A stretch of DNA of 52,693 nucleotides from a virus (IMGVR_UViG_3300024332_000118:1-52693), one strand, 5' to 3'. Shown: positions 1 to 9,337, numbered from the stretch's first letter. Notes: a model not told the origin generated them from the letters alone. A program made the numbers and translations.

Positions 1-1
1 A

Positions 2-370
2 ACCAAGTCAGGATTTTCTCTTGATGACTATACGGCAACAGAAATTGCTCGTAGAAGTAAAGGAACTCCTCGCATTTTAAACTCAAGACTAGAATGGTTC
101 CAGAGTTATAAAATGTTCTACAATGACAAGGACGTTAGCGTAGATGAGGTATTTATGGAGCAAGGGATTGATGATGAGGGTCTAGATGAAAATGATCGTA
201 AGTACATTGACGTACTAAAAGATAGCAAAGGAACTGCACTAGGCATTAAAAATATCTCTAGTATGACGGGAATTGCTATGGATACGATAGAAAACAGTAT
301 TGAGCCTTATCTAGTAAGAAAGGGGTATGTCAGACGCACAAGCAAAGGGAGGGTAATCGGTAGCGTATAG
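2..370 (+). CDS. ruvB: Holliday junction branch migration helicase RuvB, C-terminal part (5' truncated by window)
   Basis: Frame is open from position 2: EIARRSKGTPRI (RuvB sensor motif) ... GLDENDRKY ... DTIENSIEPYLVRKGYVRRTSKGR (winged-helix C-terminus). Confidence 0.92.
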   Translation, partial: TKSGFSLDDYTATEIARRSKGTPRILNSRLEWFQSYKMFYNDKDVSVDEVFMEQGIDDEGLDENDRKYIDVLKDSKGTALGIKNISSMTGIAMDTIENSIEPYLVRKGYVRRTSKGRVIGSV

Positions 371-386
371 GTGTAATATAAGTATT

Positions 387-698
387 ATGTTTTCTATATT
401 CAATATTATACCTGTTCGATGTGCTAGGCGATCCTCTGGATGGTCTAAGGTCAGAAAAGAACACTTAAAACTTCATCCCTGCTGTGCAGCATGTGGCAAA
501 AAGGACAAATTGGAAGTCCACCATAAGTTGCCAGTACATAAGTATCCTGAATTAGAACTGAACCCTGCAAACCTAGTTACCTTGTGTGCTGATCCTTGTC
601 ATATAATGTTTGGACATTTAAAATACTGGAAGAGTTGGAACGTAGACGTTCAAAAGGACTGTGATGCTTATTATAAGAAATTAAAGGCAAGACCATGA
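387..698 (+). CDS. HNH endonuclease
   Basis: CAAC, LEVHH, NLVTLCADPCH motifs. Confidence 0.85.
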   Translation: MFSIFNIIPVRCARRSSGWSKVRKEHLKLHPCCAACGKKDKLEVHHKLPVHKYPELELNPANLVTLCADPCHIMFGHLKYWKSWNVDVQKDCDAYYKKLKARP

Positions 699-1447
699 GA
701 ACATTTCTCTTTGTACTGCTTCTGTGCAGTACTGTGTTTGGTGGTACAATCAGACACGATGTTTCTGAAAAAAGCGTTTTAGATTTCGGTGCTAAATTCT
801 ACTGTACTAAAAAAGTAGTTACTGTAAAACAACAAGACGATAGTAAGCTAATCGGAATAGGATCATGCGTTATATTAAATGAACACTGGATGATTACCTG
901 TGGACATCTAGCAGAAGTACCTATGGATATGATGAAGGTACTTATAGGAGATAAAGAATACTGTATAGATAAATTTTATGTTAATAAAGACTTTAGTGCT
1001 AAAAATCTTTGCGGTGACATAGCATTAGGCTATAGCGAAAAAGGTTTTGGGGTAGTAGAAGATAAGCCTATGATTTATGATAAGAAAGTAAATATAGGTG
1101 ACAATATTGCCTTTGCTGGTTATGGTCGCTACGGTACAATGAATACAGGAGCAAAGACCTATGACTATAAGTTGAGAGCCGGGACAAATAAAATTAGTAG
1201 AAGATTTAAAAAAGACTTACTAGTTATTACTGGTTCAAATGATCGTACAAAAACTTCATTAGAGTATTTACCTAATGTTGGAGATAGTGGTGGTGGTATG
1301 TTTGTAGACGGTAAATTGGCAGGCATCACTTCTTGTGTATTAACTTCAGACGGAAAAGCTGACTCTGATTATGGAGATGAAGGTTGCTTTACAGAAATTT
1401 ACCCCTACCTAGAATGGATCAACAATCATGTTAAGAAGAAAAGATAG
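695..1447 (+). CDS. Secreted trypsin-like (S1) serine protease
   Basis: Hydrophobic signal peptide; catalytic triad ITCGH, GDIAL, GDSGG. Confidence 0.88.
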   Translation: MRTFLFVLLLCSTVFGGTIRHDVSEKSVLDFGAKFYCTKKVVTVKQQDDSKLIGIGSCVILNEHWMITCGHLAEVPMDMMKVLIGDKEYCIDKFYVNKDFSAKNLCGDIALGYSEKGFGVVEDKPMIYDKKVNIGDNIAFAGYGRYGTMNTGAKTYDYKLRAGTNKISRRFKKDLLVITGSNDRTKTSLEYLPNVGDSGGGMFVDGKLAGITSCVLTSDGKADSDYGDEGCFTEIYPYLEWINNHVKKKR

Positions 1448-2327
1448 AGTTTCCCTTCTACCTCATATTAGACAAAATATTTATGGTCTTAACTATAATA
1501 ATCAACAGGTTATACCTTGGTCAATCTCCAACTTCAACGTAGAAAAAGAGTGGAAACTAGCAGCAGGTGAAGGTGTCACAGTAGCAGTAATCGACACAGG
1601 ATGCGATCTAGACCACCCTGATTTAGTTCATAGCCTTGTGGATGGGTATAACTTTATAGGCGGCAATAAGGCTCCTGTAGACGACAATGGACATGGTAGC
1701 CATGTTGCAGGAACTATTGCAGCAGAAAATAATAGGAAGGGTATTGTGGGTGTCGCTCCTAAATGCAAGATTATGCCTATTAAAAGTCTAGGAAGAGATG
1801 GGTCAGGTTCTTTACAAGCTATTTGTGAAGGCATTTTATTTGCAGCAGATAATGGAGCAGATATAATCACAATGAGTTTAGGTACTCCAGTAGGTTCTAT
1901 GTACATGAGACAGTGTGTTAATTATGCAGTAGATAAAGGATGTGTATTTTTCTGTGCTGCTGGCAACAGTGGACAAAGAAGTGAACTTATGTACCCAGCT
2001 AAATATTCAGATACAATTTCTATTGGCTCTGTATCAAATGATCTAAAAATTTCTAGATTTAGTTGCAGTACAGGAACAGAGTTAGATTTTCTTGCACCGG
2101 GAGAAGATGTAATTAGTTGTGTACCAGACGATAGTTATGCTAATATGAGTGGTACAAGTATGGCTAATCCATTTGCTGCTGGGTGTGCTGCTTTGATAAT
2201 GTCGTATAAGAAGAGAAGACTTACTAAGTATCAATACATACAACACTTTAGTAAGTACAGTCTTAAACCAGATTACTTATTCAAGACTTACAAAAGCAGA
2301 GGAATTATAACTCCAACTATTAGATAA
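1428..2327 (+). CDS. Subtilisin-like (S8) serine protease
   Basis: VAVIDTG, GHGSHVAG, AAGN and GTSMA motifs. Confidence 0.95.
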   Translation: MLRRKDRVSLLPHIRQNIYGLNYNNQQVIPWSISNFNVEKEWKLAAGEGVTVAVIDTGCDLDHPDLVHSLVDGYNFIGGNKAPVDDNGHGSHVAGTIAAENNRKGIVGVAPKCKIMPIKSLGRDGSGSLQAICEGILFAADNGADIITMSLGTPVGSMYMRQCVNYAVDKGCVFFCAAGNSGQRSELMYPAKYSDTISIGSVSNDLKISRFSCSTGTELDFLAPGEDVISCVPDDSYANMSGTSMANPFAAGCAALIMSYKKRRLTKYQYIQHFSKYSLKPDYLFKTYKSRGIITPTIR

Positions 2328-2372
2328 CCAAGCCCTGCATAATAATAGTCCTAGAAGAGGAAGTGTCAAGGC

Positions 2373-2400
2373 TTGACAAATTTTTTTTCTAGGATACAAT
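2373..2400 (+). promoter_or_regulatory. Sigma70-type promoter
   Basis: TTGACA (2373-2378), 16 nt spacer, TACAAT (2395-2400), intergenic, followed by AGGA and ATG at 2422. Confidence 0.7.
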
Positions 2401-2421
2401 AAAGAAAGAAAGGAATGTGCC

Positions 2422-2592
2422 ATGTCAGACAATAGACAACACAAAAGAAAGACAAATAAACAGATGCGTAGACGTTCCGATCTAGAGGAAGAGCGTCAAC
2501 GTAAAAAAGATTTTAAGCACAGGAAAAGAGAGTTGATTGAAGAGGACTGTTACGATGAAGAAGAATTTACCAAATATAATTACTCGCATTAG
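2422..2592 (+). CDS. Small charged hypothetical protein (56 aa; absent from ORF track)
   Basis: MSDNRQHKRKTNKQMRRRSDLEEERQRKKDFKHRKRELIEEDCYDEEEFTKYNYSH; first ORF after the promoter, with AGGA RBS. Confidence 0.6.
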   Translation: MSDNRQHKRKTNKQMRRRSDLEEERQRKKDFKHRKRELIEEDCYDEEEFTKYNYSH

Positions 2593-2839
2593 AACATTTG
2601 CGAAGGCTTTATTTCAGCATGTCAAAACAGGCATGAATAAATGCAGCCAAAGACAGATCAACGCACGTTGGGAGATTTGTCAAGGGTGTCCGATGTTTAC
2701 CACTGAACCCGCAGTTAAAAGCTATAAGGGCAAGGCTCCAGCATACTGCATGGTGTGTGGATGTGCATTGTCAACGAAAAAAGGATTTATGAACAAACTG
2801 GCATGGAAAGACCAGAAATGCCCAGAAGGAAAATGGTAA
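2555..2839 (+). CDS. Small Cys-rich zinc-binding protein (DUF6171-like)
   Basis: ICQGCP ... CMVCGC ... KCPEGKW pattern; ATG at 2555 preferred over TTG at 2537. Confidence 0.6.
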   Translation: MKKNLPNIITRIRTFAKALFQHVKTGMNKCSQRQINARWEICQGCPMFTTEPAVKSYKGKAPAYCMVCGCALSTKKGFMNKLAWKDQKCPEGKW

Positions 2840-3333
2840 TGAAAACAAAAAGTAGAAGTCTTGTATATTATACAACAGACTTATTAAATTGCACAGAAGA
2901 TATTGCTTCTGCTGGTCATGCAGAAGTAGACATTGTTATTCCTACTGTTGTCAACATAGACAATAAAATCCATACTAATTTTCTAAAGACCGCAGCAGAA
3001 AAATATCCTGTCATTGAACAACATTTATCATTAGAGAAACATACTTTAGGAAAGAATAGCTATGTAAATGTAGCTAGGTTTGGTAATAGCAAAATTCACT
3101 TCTGCCAAATGTTTTGCGACAAGAATACTAGACATAGAAATATTAACTATATTCACCTTGTAAATTGCATGGTGGGTGTTAGAAATTTTTGTCTACAAAA
3201 CAAAGAGAAGAGAACAGAAATACATGCTCCTAAATTTGGAACATCATGTTCTGGAGGTAGGTGGTCTACTATTGCTGACTTGATACAAGATTGTTGGCAG
3301 GGTTTACCTGTTTATATTTATAGGGATATTTAG
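2833..3333 (+). CDS. Degenerate macro domain protein (Poa1p/DarG-like fold)
   Basis: C-terminal IHAPKFGTSCSGGRWSTIADLI...VYIY matches the phage macro-domain signature; the N-terminal glycine loop is not conserved. Confidence 0.65.
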   Translation: MVMKTKSRSLVYYTTDLLNCTEDIASAGHAEVDIVIPTVVNIDNKIHTNFLKTAAEKYPVIEQHLSLEKHTLGKNSYVNVARFGNSKIHFCQMFCDKNTRHRNINYIHLVNCMVGVRNFCLQNKEKRTEIHAPKFGTSCSGGRWSTIADLIQDCWQGLPVYIYRDI

Positions 3334-3420
3334 ATGTGGAACGAATTATTTTTAGCGTTTTTAATTAGTGAAATGATGGACGACGATTGGGAGGATGAAG
3401 AAGAAGATGGTGAAGAATAG
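3334..3420 (+). CDS. Tiny acidic peptide (28 aa; absent from ORF track)
   Basis: MWNELFLAFLISEMMDDDWEDEEEDGEE; ATG directly follows the upstream TAG and the ORF fills the gap between genes. Confidence 0.5.
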   Translation: MWNELFLAFLISEMMDDDWEDEEEDGEE

Positions 3421-3946
3421 ATTGAAGGGTCAGCGAGTTTATCTGGCTGGTGCTATGGACAGAGTACCTGATAGAGGTGCGACTTGGAGAGAAAATATAA
3501 CTCCATTTTTAAACGAGTTAAATGTGACAGTATTTGACCCTCTCAAGAAACCGGGAAATGTAGGTCTAGAAAATGAAGAAACTCACAAGGCTAAAGTTGC
3601 TTTAAAAAAACACTACAAGTATGCTGAACTTTCAGAAATCATGAAAACTATAAGGTCTGTAGATTTAAGACTAGTAGATATAAGTGATTTTCTAATAGTA
3701 CATTTAGATATAGACACTCATCCTTGCGGAACTTTAGAAGAAATTTTTCTTGCCAATAGACAAAAGAAGCCTATTATAGTCCATATAGAACAGGGTAAGA
3801 AACATTGTCCAGATTGGCTTTTTGGAGCGTTACCCCATGAACTATTCTTTGATAGCTGGGAGCATGTGATAGGTTATCTTTATGGAGTCAATTCTAATAT
3901 GGAGATAGATACTTTACAAAGGTGGTGGTTTTTAAATGAGAATTAG
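3407..3946 (+). CDS. Nucleoside 2-deoxyribosyltransferase-like protein
   Basis: VYLAGAM, VFDP, DLRLVDISD and GTLEE motifs. Confidence 0.75.
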   Translation: MVKNRLKGQRVYLAGAMDRVPDRGATWRENITPFLNELNVTVFDPLKKPGNVGLENEETHKAKVALKKHYKYAELSEIMKTIRSVDLRLVDISDFLIVHLDIDTHPCGTLEEIFLANRQKKPIIVHIEQGKKHCPDWLFGALPHELFFDSWEHVIGYLYGVNSNMEIDTLQRWWFLNEN

Positions 3947-4685
3947 AAGACATTTAACAGCATTAATTCAAGGCCCATTAGACAATAGAACGCATGAAGC
4001 AATAGACTGCTATCAAGGGTTCGGTGAGGTTATTGTGTCTACATGGAAAGGTGAAGACCTATCTCTCTTAGATAAAGCTACTGGCAAGTTTGAGGTAGTA
4101 GAAAATGTATACCCAGACAGTATGGAAGGTATCAACAATCATGGTCATAGATATTTTATGGCCCGAACTATTTTAGGTGGTTGTGAAGCAGCTAAGTATA
4201 ATTACATAATGAAAACTAGAACGGATGAATTATATCCTGATTTAGATGCTATACTTGCTAATTTTGATTTGTACCCAACTAGAGTTCATACAACAGACAA
4301 TGGTTTCTGGCGACCTATTCCATTTTGTTTTTCTAATCATTTGTTTATAGACGATAAGCACCACATGACAGAAGCATGTAAAGTGCTAGTAGATCACTGT
4401 GAAGGTAAAAGTCATGGTCACGTTCAGCTAGACACACCAGAACAAGCATTTGGATGGGCCTTGATGAAAGCAAGAGGTATAGATATAGATAAGAATTATT
4501 GGATGCCAGCTTTTGGCAACCATACTTTTATAACTCCATGTTCAATGTTAAAGGGTCATTTACATTCAGGTGGTAGCTACTACAACACTATCCCATTTAA
4601 AAGGTGTGAAAATTATCCTTGGGGCAGACCAGACGGACATCAGATAGATCAACTACATCAAAGTCATCTGGAGTTTAAGGAATGA
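3936..4685 (+). CDS. WavE-like lipopolysaccharide synthesis protein
   Basis: LIQGP, IVSTW and MKTRTD motifs typical of the WavE family. Confidence 0.7.
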   Translation: MRIRRHLTALIQGPLDNRTHEAIDCYQGFGEVIVSTWKGEDLSLLDKATGKFEVVENVYPDSMEGINNHGHRYFMARTILGGCEAAKYNYIMKTRTDELYPDLDAILANFDLYPTRVHTTDNGFWRPIPFCFSNHLFIDDKHHMTEACKVLVDHCEGKSHGHVQLDTPEQAFGWALMKARGIDIDKNYWMPAFGNHTFITPCSMLKGHLHSGGSYYNTIPFKRCENYPWGRPDGHQIDQLHQSHLEFKE

Positions 4686-6367
4686 AAATTTTAGATTGTA
4701 CTCTTAGAGATGGAGGGTATTATACTAATTGGGATTTTGACATAACCCTAGTTAAGTCTATGATACTTAGTCTTATCCGTAATGGCGTTGACATAATAGA
4801 ACTAGGATACAAGTCACCTAAAAAAGGTGGGCCATTTAGAAAATGCAACGATGGTTTTATCAACCAATTTCTTGACTATACACATGATACTCAGATGGCG
4901 TTTATGATAGACGCTAAAGACTTTATCTCTGGTGAGTCAGTCAATTATGGTTTGCTAGATGATTGCATTAAACATAGAAGGCAATCACCGTTTTCTCTTT
5001 GTAGACTAGCTATTAAGATCAACGAAGTTCAGCAGTCTAAACTAATAGCAAAATATTTAATTGATAAAGGATATACAGTTTATATAAATCTGATGTGTAT
5101 TTCTTTACTAAAAGAATCACAGATAGCTTTATTTGTCACAGAATTACAAGGACATGCACATGGACTCTACTTTGCCGATAGTTTCGGCAATTTGCAACCG
5201 AGTCAAGTAAAAAATATTTGTAAGCTATATAGAGAACTAACTTCTTTACCATGTGGTATTCATTGCCATGATAATCAATCTTTAGCTTTTGCTAACTGTT
5301 TACAAGCTATAGATTCAGGATTTGACATTGCAGATGGCACAGTATGTGGTATGGGCAGAGGTGTTGGAAATGCCAGAACAGAACAGCTATTACTATATAA
5401 AAATTCTACCATCAGCAGTGGCATGGTAAATATAGTGAATAAATTCCAAACATTACAAAGACACTACAAGTGGGGATATAACAGTCTGTATATGATGGGT
5501 GGTATGAATCACATTCATCCTCTGTACCTACAAGACTTAACAGCATCCAATCTCACAAATCTAGACAAGCTAGAGGCTGCAAAAAAATTATTTAACAATA
5601 CAAAATATGACAAAGAATTATTGAGAAACTACAAAGACCAAAAGGCCGTAGTGGTAATACCAGCTAGATACAAGTCCACAAGATTTCCCGGTAAACCATT
5701 AGCCAAGATTAATGGCAAGCCTATGATATTGCATGTAGCAGAAAAAGCAGAGCAGGCAGTTGGTAAAAATTCCGTCTATGTAGCAACTGAAAACGAAATC
5801 ATATCAGAAATAGTCAAGGCTGCTGGCTATCATGTAGTTTTAACCTCTGATAATTGTGCTACTGGCACAGACAGGATTGCAGAAGCATCACTAGAAATAG
5901 ATGCAGATATATTTGTTAACGTGCAAGGCGATGAGCCTATGATTGATCCACAAGATATACTCAGAGCCATACAATGTAAGAAGGATAGTCCTGATGCTGT
6001 AGTTAACTGTATGTCAAAGATAAACGCTGATGAAAATTATAATGATAAGAAAATACCAAAAGTAGTATGTAATAAGGAGAATTATTTACTTTATGCAAGT
6101 CGTAATGCACTACCGGGAAGTAAGAGTGGTCGTAGTGAAAACGTCAAAAAACAAGTGTGTATATATGCGTTTGGCAAAGATGAACTAATAGCCTTTCACC
6201 GTCAAGGTAAAAAATCACCACTAGAGTATCAAGAAGATATTGAAATACTTAGGTTTGTAGAGAATGGCATCCCAGTAAAAATGCTGGAGGTTAGTCATGT
6301 ATCTTATGCTGTAGACTACCCAGAAGATATTAAAGTTATAGAGGATAAGCTAAATGAAAATAGTTAA
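4682..6367 (+). CDS. kdsB: Fusion of a DRE-TIM (HMGL-like) pyruvate aldolase and a CMP-Kdo synthetase-like cytidylyltransferase
   Basis: N-half: LDCTLRDGGY, ADSFG, GIHCHDN, GMGRGVGN. C-half: VIPARYKSTRFPGKPL, TGTDRI, VNVQGDEP, AVDYPED. One continuous frame. Confidence 0.88.
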   Translation: MKILDCTLRDGGYYTNWDFDITLVKSMILSLIRNGVDIIELGYKSPKKGGPFRKCNDGFINQFLDYTHDTQMAFMIDAKDFISGESVNYGLLDDCIKHRRQSPFSLCRLAIKINEVQQSKLIAKYLIDKGYTVYINLMCISLLKESQIALFVTELQGHAHGLYFADSFGNLQPSQVKNICKLYRELTSLPCGIHCHDNQSLAFANCLQAIDSGFDIADGTVCGMGRGVGNARTEQLLLYKNSTISSGMVNIVNKFQTLQRHYKWGYNSLYMMGGMNHIHPLYLQDLTASNLTNLDKLEAAKKLFNNTKYDKELLRNYKDQKAVVVIPARYKSTRFPGKPLAKINGKPMILHVAEKAEQAVGKNSVYVATENEIISEIVKAAGYHVVLTSDNCATGTDRIAEASLEIDADIFVNVQGDEPMIDPQDILRAIQCKKDSPDAVVNCMSKINADENYNDKKIPKVVCNKENYLLYASRNALPGSKSGRSENVKKQVCIYAFGKDELIAFHRQGKKSPLEYQEDIEILRFVENGIPVKMLEVSHVSYAVDYPEDIKVIEDKLNENS

Positions 6368-7028
6368 GAAGAGGTGGGGCGAAGAAAAAGTTATAGTCAA
6401 TAATGATTTGTATTGTGGTAAACTCTTAACAATAGTTCCACAATATCAGTGTTCTGTACATTATCACAAAAACAAGACAGAAACATTTCATATTATGGAA
6501 GGCTCCCTAGAGTTAGAATATTCTAGAAGTTTAGAAGTAGATGATTGGCTGAATAATAAGTTTGAGACAATAACATTAGAGGCTGGCGATACTTATGACA
6601 TAGAACCTCTTACAACACACAGATTTAGAACAGCAACAAGTAAATCCTGTAGCTTTATGGAGTTTTCCACGCATCACGACGACGAAGATTCCTATAGACT
6701 TATAGAAAGCAGATTTCTAGGAACCAATTACTATGTAGATATTGATCAAACTATCTGCATAACCCCGGAAAATCCTACAGATTATTCAAAAGCAGAACCT
6801 ATTAAAGAAAGAATAGATCAGATTAATAAGCTGTACGATCAAGGAAACTGTATTATGTATTGGACTGCTAGAGGCTCTCAGTCAGGTAGAAATTATCAAA
6901 CTCTTACTATTCGACAGTTAGACGATTGGGGATGTAAAAGACACGGAGTTCGTTTTGGCAAGCCTTCTTACGATATTTTTATAGACGATAAAACTATTCA
7001 TCCAGAGGAATTTTTTGATGAGCAATAA
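6354..7028 (+). CDS. Fusion of a cupin (sugar isomerase-like) domain and a HAD phosphatase
   Basis: KRWGEE, SVHYHKNKTETF, THRF, EFST (cupin); VDIDQTI, WTARG, GKP, IDDK (HAD). Confidence 0.8.
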   Translation: MKIVKKRWGEEKVIVNNDLYCGKLLTIVPQYQCSVHYHKNKTETFHIMEGSLELEYSRSLEVDDWLNNKFETITLEAGDTYDIEPLTTHRFRTATSKSCSFMEFSTHHDDEDSYRLIESRFLGTNYYVDIDQTICITPENPTDYSKAEPIKERIDQINKLYDQGNCIMYWTARGSQSGRNYQTLTIRQLDDWGCKRHGVRFGKPSYDIFIDDKTIHPEEFFDEQ

Positions 7029-7785
7029 ATGTGCAGTTATAGGAGATTCTTGTATAGACAAATACATATATGGTGTTTGTGAAAGAATATGTCCTGAAGG
7101 CCCAGTGCCAGTATTAAGTGTACAAAGTTTTACAGAGGCTCCCGGCATGGCAGCCAATACTCATGCAAATGCTAAAGTCTTTTGGCAGAATGAAGTAGAC
7201 CTTATCACTAACGACTCCAATATAGTCAGAAAAATTAGATATGTAGACAGTAAAACCAATCAACTATTACTGCGAGTAGATATTAATGATACTGTTCCCA
7301 GAGTAAACCATGATCTTCATTCTTTTCATCGCATCTTCTCTTATTCTTGCATTATAGTTTCTGATTACTGTAAAGGCTTTCTTATGGATAATGATATAGC
7401 ACACATAGGACATGCAGCACCTCTCACCGTGCTAGATACCAAGCGTAAGCTGACTAAAGAAATGATAGAAGGGTATACTTATATAAAACTAAACCAGCAA
7501 GAATTTGAGAACAACGCAGAGATAGTAAATAAAGATACTATTAAAAAGTTTATTATTACCAAAGGGAGCGAAGGCGTTATGTGGAATGAGAAAGAGTTTC
7601 CACCTCCTGTAGTATTGCAGACCTTTGATGTGTCTGGTGCAGGAGATGTTTTTACTGCTGCCTTTACTTATTCTATCCAATATTCTAATACAGTAGAAAA
7701 ATCTATATCCTACGCTCAAGAGTGTTGTAATAAGGTTATTAGGAAAAGAGGAACTTGTGTGTACGAAAACAGTTGTATGGACTAA
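7018..7785 (+). CDS. PfkB-family kinase, HldE/RfaE domain I (heptose-7-phosphate kinase-like)
   Basis: VIGDSCIDKYIYG, PEGPVPVL, SDYCKG, DVSGAGD. Confidence 0.88.
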   Translation: MSNKCAVIGDSCIDKYIYGVCERICPEGPVPVLSVQSFTEAPGMAANTHANAKVFWQNEVDLITNDSNIVRKIRYVDSKTNQLLLRVDINDTVPRVNHDLHSFHRIFSYSCIIVSDYCKGFLMDNDIAHIGHAAPLTVLDTKRKLTKEMIEGYTYIKLNQQEFENNAEIVNKDTIKKFIITKGSEGVMWNEKEFPPPVVLQTFDVSGAGDVFTAAFTYSIQYSNTVEKSISYAQECCNKVIRKRGTCVYENSCMD

Positions 7786-8164
7786 CGGGTGTTTTGACAT
7801 TATTCATGAAGGACACTTGTCATTATTTAAATATGCTAGGTCTTTAGGAGATGAACTATTAGTAGGTATAGATACTGATAGAAGAGTAAAAGAAAGGAAG
7901 GGAGATAGTCGTCCTGTAAATGATCAAAACAATAGGTTTATAAATCTACTGTCTCTTCCTGATGTGAAGAATGTCTTTATCTTTGACTCAGACACACAAC
8001 TTAGAAATTTGATAAAACAATTTAATGTTGACATCATGGTAGTTGGCGACGACTATAGAGACAAAGAGGTGATAGGCTCAGAATATGCAGATGACGTAAA
8101 GTTTTTCACTAAAAAAGCAGGATACTCAACTACAAAGATTATAAATGGATACAGTAAAATTTAA
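7757..8164 (+). CDS. HldE/RfaE domain II (heptose-1-phosphate adenylyltransferase-like)
   Basis: TNGCFDIIHEGH, KGDSRP, GDDY, YSTT; GTG start. Confidence 0.9.
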   Translation: MCTKTVVWTNGCFDIIHEGHLSLFKYARSLGDELLVGIDTDRRVKERKGDSRPVNDQNNRFINLLSLPDVKNVFIFDSDTQLRNLIKQFNVDIMVVGDDYRDKEVIGSEYADDVKFFTKKAGYSTTKIINGYSKI

Positions 8165-8642
8165 CGACAAAGAATATTTATCAATACAAACCAATGGTAA
8201 CGCTGCTAGATTTACCCTCCCTTTTGCCCAAGAGATACTTTCCGGCAAAGGGCTAGACATCGGCTGTTCTAAAAAAGAATGGGCTTTTCCCGGTTCTACT
8301 CCTATTGATATAGTATTTGACGACCCTTATGACGCTATGAATCTACCTGATGAAATGTATAACTATATATTTTCATCTCATTGTCTGGAACATCTGAATG
8401 ATTGGGTAGGAGTATTAGACTACTGGCACAGTAAACTTAGAGTAGGTGGTATCTTGTACCTGTACCTACCTCATTACAGTCAAGAGTACTGGCGACCGTG
8501 GAATAATCGTAAACATATCAATATACTACAACCAGAATATCTTGACGGCTATTTTAAGGCCAATAGAAAATGGAGTCAGCATATCGTTACGCAAGGATAT
8601 GACCTTTACAATGCCTTTACTGCAATAGCGAGCAAACAATGA
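8145..8642 (+). CDS. Class I SAM-dependent methyltransferase
   Basis: GLDIGC, IFSSHCLEH, LRVGG.LYLYLP. Confidence 0.82.
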   Translation: MDTVKFNDKEYLSIQTNGNAARFTLPFAQEILSGKGLDIGCSKKEWAFPGSTPIDIVFDDPYDAMNLPDEMYNYIFSSHCLEHLNDWVGVLDYWHSKLRVGGILYLYLPHYSQEYWRPWNNRKHINILQPEYLDGYFKANRKWSQHIVTQGYDLYNAFTAIASKQ

Positions 8643-9337
8643 ACAAGATACAATTCTCTCATGGTGGTGGAGTCGGAGATGGACTGATGTTTTCTCCTCT
8701 CATCAAGGAATATTCTAAGACATACGAAGTTGGAGTAACTATTCCATCTAGTCTATGCAATAGTCTATTCCCTATATTATATAAAGATTATCCTAATGTG
8801 AAATGGCAGCAAGTTATTACTCCTCGTTCAAGAGAACTAACTTTTGCAGAAACAATAGAGCATTCTGGATGGAGAACTCTAGAGTGGGAAAGAGATTTTG
8901 AAAAAGAAGAAGAAGTATACAACATAGTCACCAAAAATACAGGTCGAGAATATGTTTTAGTTCATGAAAGAAAGTCAGATAACTGTGGTAGGAACATGCA
9001 GACTCTAAATAGAGACTGTATTATAAACAAAGACTTGCCAGTTATTAGCTTGCATCACATAACAAACATAAATATACTACACTATGCGACACTACTGAAT
9101 CGTGCAGCAGAATTACACTTCTATGAAGGGAGTTTCAGTAATTTAGCTGATTGCGTATTAGAAAGCAACATCCCTAAATTTGTACACTTATACTGTAAGC
9201 CTCACCTTTTCGACAAGAACATGGTTCCTCACAACCAAGTCGTACCATATATAGAAGAAGGGAAATGGCATAAACAAAAATGGGGTTATATTTACAAAAA
9301 TGGAGACTACAAAGATGTCCGATATTATAAACTTTGA
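8639..9337 (+). CDS. Putative glycosyltransferase (GT9/heptosyltransferase-like)
   Basis: N-terminal GGVGDGLMFSPLI and LLNRAAELHFYEGSF resemble GT9 motifs; cluster context. Confidence 0.5.
   Translation: MNKIQFSHGGGVGDGLMFSPLIKEYSKTYEVGVTIPSSLCNSLFPILYKDYPNVKWQQVITPRSRELTFAETIEHSGWRTLEWERDFEKEEEVYNIVTKNTGREYVLVHERKSDNCGRNMQTLNRDCIINKDLPVISLHHITNINILHYATLLNRAAELHFYEGSFSNLADCVLESNIPKFVHLYCKPHLFDKNMVPHNQVVPYIEEGKWHKQKWGYIYKNGDYKDVRYYKL

Noticed and set aside
7741-7785. Programmed frameshift fusing the kinase and adenylyltransferase into HldE
   Set aside because: The downstream gene has its own GTG with a GAGG SD, and no clear slippery site is present.
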